Positions 49,179 through 58,333 of a DNA stretch of 64,000 nt are shown here, in pieces. Origin of the DNA: an uncultured Candidatus Binatia bacterium (GTDB lineage: Bacteria > Desulfobacterota > Binatia > UBA9968 > JAJDTQ01); the NCBI GenBank assembly GCA_965242525.1, contig OZ251459.1:3008001-3072000 (forward strand). The letters run 5' to 3'. Each line of letters opens with the position of its first letter. Position 1 is the first letter of the stretch. Both the position numbers and the translations under genes were made by a program. The notes beneath the pieces are model-generated. The model was not told the origin of the DNA. It worked only from the letters and a program-made list of their open reading frames with translations, and did no database searches.

Positions 49179-50171
49179 ATGGCAAAGGTGAACATCACGG
49201 TGGCCTGTTGGGACTATGACCGGACGCGCCCGCTGCAGGAGGGGCGCGTGCCCGTGGAGGGGGTCGAGCTGACCTACCTGCCGCTTCGGGTGGAGGAGAC
49301 CTTCTGGCGCATGCTGCGGTACCAGGACTTCGACGCCGCGGAGATGTCCATGGGGTCGTACCTCATGTCCCGGGACAAGGGGACGCCGCGGTTCGTGGCC
49401 ATCCCGGTCTTTCCGTCGCGGGCCTTCCGCCACTCCGGCATCTACGTGCACACCGGGGCCGGCATCCGGGAACCCGCGGACTTGGCGGGCAAGCGGGTGG
49501 GGGTGCCGGAATACCAGATGACCGCGGCCATCTGGATACGGGGCATCCTGGAGCACGAATACGGCGTCAAGCCGGAGGCGGTGACCTGGTTCACCGGCGG
49601 GGAGGAGCAGCCGGGCCGGGAGGAGAAGATCGCCCCGGACCTGCCCGGGAGCATCGTCGTCCGTCCCATCGGCCCGGAGCAGACCCTGTCCTCCATGCTG
49701 GAGAACGGCGACATCGACGCCCTGGTCTCGGCCCACATGCCGTCGCCCTTCGTGCGCCGCTCGCCCAGGGTGGTGCGCCTGTTCCCCGACTTCCCCGCGG
49801 TGGAGGAAGCCTACTTCCGCAAGACGCGGATCTTCCCCATCATGCACACGGTGGTCTTTCGGGAAGACGTGTTCGAGCGCCATCCCTGGGTGGCCCAGAA
49901 CCTGTACAAGGCGTTCTGCGAGTCCAAACGGATGTGCGCGGAGTCCGTGTACGAGTTCTCCGCCCTCAAGTACATGCTGGCCTGGTCCATCGCGGAGATG
50001 GAGCGGGAGCGGGAGCTCATGGGGGACGACCCCTGGCCCTATGGCCTGGAGGCCAACCGCCACGTGCTCGAAACCCTGGTGGACTACGCCCACGAGCAGG
50101 GCCTCATCAAGAACCGGCTGGAAGTCGATAGCCTGTTCGCGCCCAGCACGCTGAACGAGTTCAAGGTCTAG
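49179..50171 (+). CDS. 4,5-dihydroxyphthalate decarboxylase-like / periplasmic-binding-fold protein
   Basis: ACWDYDRTRPL, FDAAEMS, PVFPSRAFRH, VGVPEYQMTA, IFPIMH, DPWPYG. Confidence 0.85.
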   Translation: MAKVNITVACWDYDRTRPLQEGRVPVEGVELTYLPLRVEETFWRMLRYQDFDAAEMSMGSYLMSRDKGTPRFVAIPVFPSRAFRHSGIYVHTGAGIREPADLAGKRVGVPEYQMTAAIWIRGILEHEYGVKPEAVTWFTGGEEQPGREEKIAPDLPGSIVVRPIGPEQTLSSMLENGDIDALVSAHMPSPFVRRSPRVVRLFPDFPAVEEAYFRKTRIFPIMHTVVFREDVFERHPWVAQNLYKAFCESKRMCAESVYEFSALKYMLAWSIAEMERERELMGDDPWPYGLEANRHVLETLVDYAHEQGLIKNRLEVDSLFAPSTLNEFKV

Positions 50172-50275
50172 TACCCTGTAACAGTCATTCTGTCAGCAGG
50201 GATACAGCGCGAGACATGTTTCCCGTGCATGACGAGATGTTCCACGCCAGTGACTTGGTCACTGTTACAGGGTAC
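50171..50275. mobile_element. 105-bp MITE with perfect 15-bp terminal inverted repeats
   Basis: GTACCCTGTAACAGT (50171-50185) and ACTGTTACAGGGTAC (50261-50275); no internal ORF. Confidence 0.7.
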
Positions 50276-50277
50276 CA

Positions 50278-50387
50278 GGAAACTCTGAACGATTGGCTCC
50301 GTTCGTCCTGAGCGTAGCGAAGCGAAGTCGAAGGACGCGCTTTCCCATGGGGAGAGGCGCCTCGATCCGGAATCGATCAGAGGTCCC
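50278..50387 (-). repeat. 110-bp REP-carrying MITE-like element
   Basis: GGAAACTCTGAAC...core...GATCAGAGGTCCC; same length as the copies at 16401 and 16976. Confidence 0.8.
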
Positions 50388-50436
50388 TATAGCAACCCGC
50401 GTCCCGTGAAGTGGCGCGGGACCCTCCGAGGACGCC

Positions 50437-51120
50437 GTGTCGGACCCCGACAGACCGGACACCGAAGCCCTTGCCGCGGAGACTGCCGGCGGCCGTAGCG
50501 CCGCAGGGGAGGAAAGCGGGCAGGACGCCCGCGCTCCCGGGAGCCTTGCCGCGGGCCGGACCGATACCGGCGGCGGCCCCAACGCCGCGGTCCAGGAAGC
50601 GAAATGGTGGATCGACACCGGCGCCAAGCAGCTACCCGAAGCCCGTGAGCGAGTCCACCAGGGGGTGGTCGAGCGCTGGGCCTTCGAGCTGCTGAAGGAC
50701 TACCGGCAGGAGCAGGCGCTCCACAACATCGTCGATATCAACGGCCAAGTCCTGCGCGAACTCGGCGCCCGGGAGGAGAAGTGGGTGGATATCTCCCTGG
50801 GCGTGGGCCGGTTCCCCCTCAAGCGCCTCAACTACATCAAGGACTCCCTGCGGATCCCCCGCTACGCGCGCGCCCTGGCCATCGACGCCGGCTACTCGGT
50901 GCGCGTCCTCGTCACCGGCAACCCTCCGGGCCAGAAGGTGCTCGACCTGAACTTCACCGAGGCGCCGTCACTGGACTACTGGGTCGAAGGCGAGCTGGTC
51001 GAGGAGCAGTTGTTCCGTTCGGTCGAAGACGCCCTCAAACGCCTCCGCCACTCGGTCCACCGCTACCTGCGCCGGAACCCCGTGGAGGAAACCCCGAACA
51101 GCTATCCTCGTTCGTCCTGA
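50437..51120 (+). CDS. Hypothetical protein
   Basis: Strong GC3-rich coding pattern from about 50600 (WWIDTG...ERWAFELL...); start uncertain. Confidence 0.7.
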   Translation: MSDPDRPDTEALAAETAGGRSAAGEESGQDARAPGSLAAGRTDTGGGPNAAVQEAKWWIDTGAKQLPEARERVHQGVVERWAFELLKDYRQEQALHNIVDINGQVLRELGAREEKWVDISLGVGRFPLKRLNYIKDSLRIPRYARALAIDAGYSVRVLVTGNPPGQKVLDLNFTEAPSLDYWVEGELVEEQLFRSVEDALKRLRHSVHRYLRRNPVEETPNSYPRSS

Positions 51121-51365
51121 GGCGTATGTGCAAGCCGAAGTTTGTACAACGAGAGCGAGGAAACCGGATGGATTCCCGCTTTCGCGGGAATGACGGGATG
51201 GGGCGTGTCGCAACCCACTCGAATTCCTGAAGCGCCTTCCTGAAGAGCCTCGAAATCCTCCCGTTCCCCCTGAGCGAAGCAAAATCCTCCGTTCCCCCTG
51301 AGCGAAGCGAAGTCGAAGGACGCGCTTTCCCGCAGGGAGACGGAGTTCGGGCCGGAATCGGGCAG
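51087..51365 (-). repeat. Composite REP/MITE region
   Basis: MITE end GGAAACCCCGAAC, GGATTCCCGCTTTCGCGGGAATGAC palindrome and partial REP cores. Confidence 0.7.
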
Positions 51366-51380
51366 GCGGAGGCCTGCCCG

Positions 51381-52487
51381 TCAGCCCGTGGCGGGACGCC
51401 GGATGGTGCCGGGGGGTTCGTCGAAGGGCACCGACCTGGTGATCTCCAGCCCGTAAGCCGACAGGCCCACGAGGTTCCTGGGGTTGTTGGTGACGAGCCT
51501 GAGCTTGCGAACGCCCAGGTCGCGCAGGATCTGGGCGCCGATGCCGAAGTCCCGGAAGCTCCTCTGGACTCTCGCTTCCTCGGTGCGCAGGCCCTTCCCC
51601 TCCGGCTGGAGGTAGAGCACGACGCCCGCGCCTTCCCTGGCGATCAGCTCCATGGACTGCTTGATGACCGACCCGGTGTCGAAGAACTCGAAGCCGAACA
51701 CGTCGCCGGGGAGGAACTTGGCGCAGACCCGCACCAGGGTCTCGCTGTCCTCGGAGATCTCCCCCTTGATGAGCGCCAAGTGCTCGGAGGAGTCCACATG
51801 GGTGTTATAGACCACCGCGCGGAACTCGCCGCCGTAGCGCGTGGGTAGCCGGGTGGACGCCACCCGGTGGATCAGCGAGTCGTGCTCCAGCCGGTACTGG
51901 ATGAGATCCGCGATGGTGACGATCTTGAGGTCGTACTTCTCGCCGAACTCCTCCAGGTCCGGGAGCCGCGCCATGGTCCCGTCGTCCTTCATGATCTCGC
52001 AGATGACCCCCGCGGGCTTGAGCCCCGCCAGCCTGCAAAGGTCCACGGACCCCTCGGTCTGGCCCGTGCGCACCAGCACGCCCCCGTTCCTGGCCCGCAG
52101 CGGGAAGATGTGCCCCGGGGTGCAGAGGTCCTTGGGACCGGCGTCGTCCGCGATGGCCGCCAGAATGGTTTCGGCCCGGTCGGAAGCCGATATGCCGGTG
52201 GTGACGTTGGCCACCCCGTCGATGGAAACGGTGAACGCGGTGCCGAAAGGAGCGGTGTTGTCCCGGACCATCATGCTGAGGCCGAGTTGGGCGACCTTCT
52301 CCTCTGTGAGCGGCAGGCAGATCAACCCGCGCCCCCACGTGGCCATGAAGTTGATTGCCTCGGGAGTGACCTTTTCCGCGGCCATGGTCAGGTCGCCCTC
52401 GTTCTCCCGGTTCTGGTCGTCCATCAGGATGACCATCCGGCCCTGCCGGATCTCTTCGAGGGCTTCTTCGATGCTGGCTACGGGCAT
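51381..52487 (-). CDS. ribB: 3,4-dihydroxy-2-butanone 4-phosphate synthase fused to a degenerate GTP cyclohydrolase II domain (RibBX-like)
   Basis: DDQNRENEGDL, PGHIFPL, RTGQTEGSVDL, VICEIM; the GCH II part has LVRVCAKFLPGDVFG instead of LVRVHSECLTGD...CDC. Confidence 0.9.
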   Translation of the reverse strand: MPVASIEEALEEIRQGRMVILMDDQNRENEGDLTMAAEKVTPEAINFMATWGRGLICLPLTEEKVAQLGLSMMVRDNTAPFGTAFTVSIDGVANVTTGISASDRAETILAAIADDAGPKDLCTPGHIFPLRARNGGVLVRTGQTEGSVDLCRLAGLKPAGVICEIMKDDGTMARLPDLEEFGEKYDLKIVTIADLIQYRLEHDSLIHRVASTRLPTRYGGEFRAVVYNTHVDSSEHLALIKGEISEDSETLVRVCAKFLPGDVFGFEFFDTGSVIKQSMELIAREGAGVVLYLQPEGKGLRTEEARVQRSFRDFGIGAQILRDLGVRKLRLVTNNPRNLVGLSAYGLEITRSVPFDEPPGTIRRPATG

Positions 52488-52505
52488 GGGGTCCTGTTCG
52501 GACGC

Positions 52506-53333
52506 TCAGGTGGAGGTTGGCGCCGCGGGATGGGCGCCCGGAGCGCCCAGCCTGTGCGCTTGGCGGGAACCGCCTTCGGTTCCCCGGTCTTCCAGGGCCC
52601 GGTCGATCTCGTCGATGATCCGTTGCGCAGCGTCCCTGGGGTCGGAGGCTTTGGTAACGGGACGACCCACCACGAGGTAATCCGCTCCGAGACGGATCGC
52701 CTCCCGCGGGGTCGTGAGCCTCTTGTGGTCGTCCGCGCCGGCGCCCGCCGGTCTTATGCCGGGACTCACGATGTCGATGGCCGGAAACTCGTCCCGACAA
52801 CTCCCGATGGCCTGTCCGGAGACGATGAGCCCATCGCATCCATGATCCAGCAGCCTCCCGCCGTTGCGGATGATGAAGGCGTCCGGGTCGTCCCGGATGC
52901 CCAGCTCGCGCAGATCGTCGTCGTCGAGGCTCGACAGCAACGGCACCATGAGCAGGCGCGGGTCGCCGCGGTCGCCGCGGGCGGCCCGGGCCGCCTCGAT
53001 GGTCCTGACGGTGATCGACTCGGGGTCCGATTTGACCAAGGTGAGGAACCGGACGTTGAGCTCCATGCAAGATTTCACGAGTTCGGTGATGGTGTTCCCG
53101 ATGTCCCCGGACAACTTCAGGTCCACGAACACCCCGCTGTTGCGGCGCTGCCGGAGCTTGCCCAGGAAACCGAGGATGTCGCCGGACAGGAAGAGCTGGA
53201 GGCCGACCTTGAAGAAAGAGACGTTGGGCAGGTCATCCACCAACCGGAAGGCTTCGTCATGGGTTGACACGTCGAGGGCTACAATGAGGCGATCTTGCCC
53301 CCTCAAGTGCGGGAGACGAGGACTTTCTTGCAT
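52506..53333 (-). CDS. pyrF: Orotidine-5'-phosphate decarboxylase (divergent)
   Basis: LIVALDV, FFKVGL, DLKLSGDIGNT, VSPGIRP, DHKR, GADYLVVGRP. Confidence 0.88.
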   Translation of the reverse strand: MQESPRLPHLRGQDRLIVALDVSTHDEAFRLVDDLPNVSFFKVGLQLFLSGDILGFLGKLRQRRNSGVFVDLKLSGDIGNTITELVKSCMELNVRFLTLVKSDPESITVRTIEAARAARGDRGDPRLLMVPLLSSLDDDDLRELGIRDDPDAFIIRNGGRLLDHGCDGLIVSGQAIGSCRDEFPAIDIVSPGIRPAGAGADDHKRLTTPREAIRLGADYLVVGRPVTKASDPRDAAQRIIDEIDRALEDRGTEGGSRQAHRLGAPGAHPAAPTST

Positions 53334-53441
53334 AGGGAACCCCCGGAAACGGTTGCACGAACGGTCGGAAAGGATTTTGCGCAAGGTATCGGACTGGGAC
53401 CGGCCTGTCAAACGGAGACGCTGCGGAACCGGACTCCTCGG

Positions 53442-55172
53442 TCATGCGGCGCCCTCCGTTTCCCCGATGGCTGCGGCGATGCGCTCCACCGCCTCCTCCA
53501 CCGGGACTTCCACGGTGGTCCCGTCGCTGCGCCGCCGCAGCTCCACGCAACCCCTGGCCAGCCCCTTGGCGCCGACGGTCACCCGCAGCGGGATGCCCAC
53601 CAGGTCGGCGTCCTTGAACTTGACCCCCGGCCGTTCGTCGCGGTCGTCCAGCAGCACCTCGCAGCCGGCTCGGCGCAAGCCGTCGTAGATGCCCTCGGCG
53701 ACCTCCCGCACGGCGTCGTCCTTGTCGCCCAGGGGCAGCAGCAGCACCGGGAACGGCGCGATGGAACCGGGCCAGACGATGCCGTTGGCGTCGTGGTTCT
53801 GCTCGATGGCGGCCGCCATGAGCCGCGTGACCCCGATGCCGTAACAGCCCATCTCCACCACCTGCTCGCGGCCCTGGGAGTCGAGCACCGCGGCGCCCAT
53901 GGCCTGGCTGTACTTGCGCCCCAGGTAGAACACGTGCCCCACCTCGATGCCGCGGTGCTCCTCCATGACGCCGTCCTCGCAACGCGGACACGGGTCCCCG
54001 GCCTCGACCAGGCGCAGGTCGGCGAAGCGGTCCGGGGCGAAGTCCCGGGGCTGGCACACATGGACGGCATGGGCGTCGCGCCGGTTGGCCCCGGTGACCG
54101 CGTCCGACATGCCCCGGACCGCGTGGTCCGCCCACACTTCCAGAGGCAGGCCCATGGGACCCAGGAAGCCGGACGGCGCGCCCGCGGCCTGCTGCACCTC
54201 GTCCTCGTCCGCCAACTCCACCTCGATTGCATCCAGCAGGTTCGCCAGCTTGGTCTCGTTGACCTCGTGGTCGCCGCGCACCAGCACCGCCAGCGGCCGC
54301 CCCGACGGCCTCCGGTAGATCATGGTCTTGATGAACCGCTCCGGCGGAAGCCCGAGGAACTCCGCCACCTGCGGCACGGTCTTGAGGCCCGGGGTGGCGA
54401 CCGTCTCCGCGGGCGGCGCGTCCGCTCCGCCGCCGCTCCCGGCCGCGGCGGGCGCGCGCGACTCCGCCTTCTGCGCGTTGGCCGCGTAGTCGCAGGCGTT
54501 GCACGCGACGAGGGCGTCCTCCCCGGACTCGGCCAGCACCTGGAACTCGTGCGACAGGCTGCCGCCGATGGCCCCGGAGTCGGCTTCCACCGCCCGGAAG
54601 CGGAGGCCGCAGCGCGTGAAGATCCGCCGGTAGGTCTCGTACATGTTCCGGTACTCGCGCTCGCAGTCGGCCCTGTCCAGGTGGAAGCTGTAGGCGTCCT
54701 TCATGATGAACTCGCGCCCCCGCATCAGGCCGAAGCGCGGGCGCACCTCGTCCCGGAACTTGGTCTGGATCTGGTAGAGGTTCATGGGGAGTTCCCGGTA
54801 GGAGCGGACCTCGCGCCGCACCAGGTCGGTGACCACCTCCTCGTGGGTGGGAGCGAGGCAGAAGTCCCGGTCGTGGCGGTCCCGGAAACGCAGCAGCTCC
54901 TTGCCATAGACGCTCCAGCGGCCGCTGTCCCGCCACAGCTCGGCCGGCGACGTGACCGGCATCAGCAACTCCTGCGCCCCCGCCCGGTCCATCTCCTCCC
55001 GCACGATGGCCTCGATCTTCCGCAGGGTGCGGAGCGCCAGCGGCAGGAAGTCATAGACCCCCCGGCTCACCTGCCGGATCATGCCGGCGCGGACCAGGAG
55101 CCGATGGCTCGCCACCTCCGCGTCCGACGGCACTTCCTTGAGTGTAGGTATGAACGTGGTTCGCCAACGCAT
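53442..55172 (-). CDS. proS: Proline--tRNA ligase
   Basis: MRWRTTFIPTLKE, LAPTHEE, KFRDEVRPRFGLMRGREFIMKDAYSF, MGCYGIG. Confidence 0.97.
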   Translation of the reverse strand: MRWRTTFIPTLKEVPSDAEVASHRLLVRAGMIRQVSRGVYDFLPLALRTLRKIEAIVREEMDRAGAQELLMPVTSPAELWRDSGRWSVYGKELLRFRDRHDRDFCLAPTHEEVVTDLVRREVRSYRELPMNLYQIQTKFRDEVRPRFGLMRGREFIMKDAYSFHLDRADCEREYRNMYETYRRIFTRCGLRFRAVEADSGAIGGSLSHEFQVLAESGEDALVACNACDYAANAQKAESRAPAAAGSGGGADAPPAETVATPGLKTVPQVAEFLGLPPERFIKTMIYRRPSGRPLAVLVRGDHEVNETKLANLLDAIEVELADEDEVQQAAGAPSGFLGPMGLPLEVWADHAVRGMSDAVTGANRRDAHAVHVCQPRDFAPDRFADLRLVEAGDPCPRCEDGVMEEHRGIEVGHVFYLGRKYSQAMGAAVLDSQGREQVVEMGCYGIGVTRLMAAAIEQNHDANGIVWPGSIAPFPVLLLPLGDKDDAVREVAEGIYDGLRRAGCEVLLDDRDERPGVKFKDADLVGIPLRVTVGAKGLARGCVELRRRSDGTTVEVPVEEAVERIAAAIGETEGAA

Positions 55173-55228
55173 TCGATCACTTCTCCGCGCGGACCTCCGG
55201 GCTGCTCCCGGGACCGGCCGTCCGTCTC

Positions 55229-58200
55229 TCAGGGATGCCCCGGCGCGACTCCTTCCGGCGCCGTTGCCCCAAAGCCGAGCACCTTTCTTGCAAGCCCCTT
55301 CAAGTCGTCCAGTATGGCGTACAGGCACGGGGTGAGGACCAGCGTGAGGATGGTGGCGAAGGACAGCCCCCAGACCACGGAGATGGCCATGGGCGAGAGG
55401 AACTTCGCCTGGCCCGTGGAGAAGAAGGCCAGCGGGACCAGGCCGCCCACGGTGGTGATGGTGGTGAGCATCACCGGCCTCAGGCGCAGCACCCCGGCCT
55501 CGATGATGGACTCGTACCGGGACATGCCCTGCTTGCGGCTCCGGTTGATGAAGTCCACCACGATGAGGGAGTCGTTGACCACGACTCCGGCCAGGGTGAT
55601 GAACCCCATGACGGAGAGGAAGCTCATGTTCTCGCCCATGAGGAAATGGCCGATGACCACGCCGTCCATGGCGAACGGGATGGCGGCCATGACGATGAAG
55701 GGCTGTACGAAGGAGCGGAACAGGGATCCCAGCAGGAAGTAGATCACGAACAGGGCGATCAGCGAGATCTGCGGCAAGGCGGCCAGGGACTCCTCCATCT
55801 CCTGCCGTTCGCCCTTGACCACGACCCGCTGGCCGGGATAGCGGTCGCCGACGTTGCCGAACCGCCGCTGCAAGGCGTTGGTGGCCTCCACCACCGTGGT
55901 CTTCCCGGTCTCCACTTCGGCGAAGATGCTCAGGGTCCTCTTGCGGTCGTCGCGGTTCACCTGGCTCGCGCCGATGCCGGTGCGGATGTCCGCCACGTCG
56001 CGCAGGAAGACGCGCTCGCCCGAAGGCAGCGTGAGCTTCATCCGCGACACGGTGTCCACGTCGTTGCGCTTCTCCCCCGGGAACCGGATGACGATGGGCA
56101 CGTCCTCGTCCCCCCGCTGGATGCTCGAAGCCTCCACCCCCTGGAACCCCTGCTGGACCTGGCGCGCGATGGTCCTCAGGTCGAGGCCCAGGGTATGGCT
56201 TTCCGGCTCGAGGCTGATGCGCAGTTCCTCCTTGCCCGCGATGAGGTCGTCGCGGATGTCCCGCACCCCGGGCAGGGTGGCCAGGAACGCCTTTACCTCG
56301 TCCGCCAGCCGCCGCAACTGCGCGGGGTCGTCGCCGGTGACCCGGGCCTCGATGGCCGGTCCGCCCGGCCCCGCCTGGAGGTTCAGGAACTGGAGCTTGG
56401 TAATGCCCGGTATCCGCTCCATGTCCTCGCGCAGGTCGCGGATGATCTCCGCGGACGTCCGGCTGCGGCCCTCCTCGAGCTCCAGCGTCAACTGGGCCAC
56501 GTTGGGGCCCCTCACGCTCTGGTCCACGTCCAGGAAGACCGCGCCCACCGTGGTGGTGAGGGACTTGACCTCTCCCGGAGGGAGGGCCAGGGCGATGTCC
56601 TCGGCCTGCATGGCCACCGCGGCGGTGTCCTCCAGCTTGGCGTTGGCGGATGTCTCGAAATTGACGAAGAACTGGCCCGACTCGAACTCGCGGAAGAGCA
56701 CGAAGGGCAGCCGGTAATGGGCCGCGGCCGCCAGCAGCACGCTCGCCGCCACGATGGCCGTCACCGCCACGTAACGCCAACGGACCGAGACCCCGAGGAA
56801 ACCTTCGTAGCCCCGGCGCAGCCGCGTGAGCCACCGGAACTCGCCGCTCCGCACCCTCTGCGCATAGGCGGGGGTGATGACCTCGGAGAGATGCGAGGGG
56901 AGGATGAACAGGACCTCCAGGAGCGACAGGAGCAGGGCGAAGGAGACCACGAAGGGGAGGGGCCTCAGGAAGACCCCCATGGTCCCCGGCAGCAGCAGGA
57001 ACGGCGCGAAGGCGGCTATGGTGGTGAGCACGGTGGTGACCACCGGCCAGGCCACTTCGCAGGTGCCCTTGACCGCGGCGCTCTTGGCGTCCATGCCCTC
57101 CTGCACGTAGCGATAGACGTTCTCGGTGACGATCACCGCGTCGTCCACGAGCAGGCCCAGCACCAGGATGAGGCCGAAGACGGAGATCATGTTCAGGCTG
57201 ATGCCGTAGAAGGACATGAAGACTAGGCAGCCCAGCATGGAGAAGGGGATGCCCAGGGAGGTGAGCAGGGCGATCCTGCCCCGGACGAAGACGCACAGGG
57301 TCGCGAGCACGAGGCTGAGGCCGATGAGTCCGCTCTGGGCCAGGGTGTTCAGCCGGTTCCGGATGAACACCGAGAAGTCGTTGAACAGGCCGACCACCAC
57401 GGTCTCCGGCAGGGTCGTGCGGATTTCCGCCACCGCCTCCCGGACGCGCCGGGCCACGCTGATGACGTCGCCGTCCCGCTCCTTGATGACCACCAGGTTG
57501 ACCGAGGGCTTGCCGGCGAAGCGGCCCAGGATCGTGGCGTCCTCGAAGGACTCGCGCACGCGGGCGACGTCGCCCACGGTGAGGGCGTGTCCGGTGCCGG
57601 TGGCGCGGAGGATCATGCGCTCCACGTCGGCGACGCCCCGGGCCGCCCCCAGGGTCCGCAGCAGGATCTCGCCCCGGGCGGTCTTGAGCGCGCCCCCGGG
57701 CACGTTCCGGTTCTGGTTGTCGATGGCCGCGCGGACGTCGTCGAGGCTCAGCCGGTACTGGTCGAGCCTTTCCGGGTCGATCTCCACCAGGATCTGTTCC
57801 TGGCGGATCCCCAGGACGTGCACCGCGGCCACCTCGTCGATGCGCCGAAGCCGGTCCCGCAGGTCCTTGGCGATCTCCCGCAGCTCGTGCTCCGGTATGT
57901 CGCCGCTCAGCGAGACGGTGATGACCGGGAACGTGGATTGGACCTCGGTCACGTAGGGGTCTTCGGCTTCGTCGGGCAGGCCGGCCACCCGGTCCAGGGC
58001 GGCGCGCACGTCGCTCAGGGCGCGGCCCATGTCCGTGCCGGACCCCATCCGCAGGCGGATCTCGGACTGGCCCTCGCGGGAAGTGGAAAGCATCTCGGAG
58101 ACGCCGTCCACGCCGTGGACCTCTTCCTCGATCCTGGCGGTGACCAGCTCCTCCACCTCCTCCGGCGAGGCGCCCGGGTAGGCGGTCGCGATCTGTATGG

Positions 58201-58333
58201 CCCGCCGGGAGAAGTCGGGGAACAGTTCCCGGTGGAGGCCGAAGTAGCAGACCGTGCCGGCCACCACCAGGAGCAGCACCAGCAGGTTCACGATGACGGG
58301 GTTCTCGATGGAGAACTCGACCAGCTTCTTCAT
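55229..58333 (-). CDS. RND efflux permease (AcrB/AcrD/AcrF family)
   Basis: YPGASPEEVE, GLLVDDAVIVTEN, GVVVNDSLI, RLRPVMLTTITT; 1034 aa. Confidence 0.95.
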   Translation of the reverse strand: MKKLVEFSIENPVIVNLLVLLLVVAGTVCYFGLHRELFPDFSRRAIQIATAYPGASPEEVEELVTARIEEEVHGVDGVSEMLSTSREGQSEIRLRMGSGTDMGRALSDVRAALDRVAGLPDEAEDPYVTEVQSTFPVITVSLSGDIPEHELREIAKDLRDRLRRIDEVAAVHVLGIRQEQILVEIDPERLDQYRLSLDDVRAAIDNQNRNVPGGALKTARGEILLRTLGAARGVADVERMILRATGTGHALTVGDVARVRESFEDATILGRFAGKPSVNLVVIKERDGDVISVARRVREAVAEIRTTLPETVVVGLFNDFSVFIRNRLNTLAQSGLIGLSLVLATLCVFVRGRIALLTSLGIPFSMLGCLVFMSFYGISLNMISVFGLILVLGLLVDDAVIVTENVYRYVQEGMDAKSAAVKGTCEVAWPVVTTVLTTIAAFAPFLLLPGTMGVFLRPLPFVVSFALLLSLLEVLFILPSHLSEVITPAYAQRVRSGEFRWLTRLRRGYEGFLGVSVRWRYVAVTAIVAASVLLAAAAHYRLPFVLFREFESGQFFVNFETSANAKLEDTAAVAMQAEDIALALPPGEVKSLTTTVGAVFLDVDQSVRGPNVAQLTLELEEGRSRTSAEIIRDLREDMERIPGITKLQFLNLQAGPGGPAIEARVTGDDPAQLRRLADEVKAFLATLPGVRDIRDDLIAGKEELRISLEPESHTLGLDLRTIARQVQQGFQGVEASSIQRGDEDVPIVIRFPGEKRNDVDTVSRMKLTLPSGERVFLRDVADIRTGIGASQVNRDDRKRTLSIFAEVETGKTTVVEATNALQRRFGNVGDRYPGQRVVVKGERQEMEESLAALPQISLIALFVIYFLLGSLFRSFVQPFIVMAAIPFAMDGVVIGHFLMGENMSFLSVMGFITLAGVVVNDSLIVVDFINRSRKQGMSRYESIIEAGVLRLRPVMLTTITTVGGLVPLAFFSTGQAKFLSPMAISVVWGLSFATILTLVLTPCLYAILDDLKGLARKVLGFGATAPEGVAPGHP

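Noticed and set aside
53442-57296. 1284-aa ORF suggesting a large ProRS fusion
   Set aside because: The N-terminal part is an alternate frame of the RND permease; ProRS starts at 55172.
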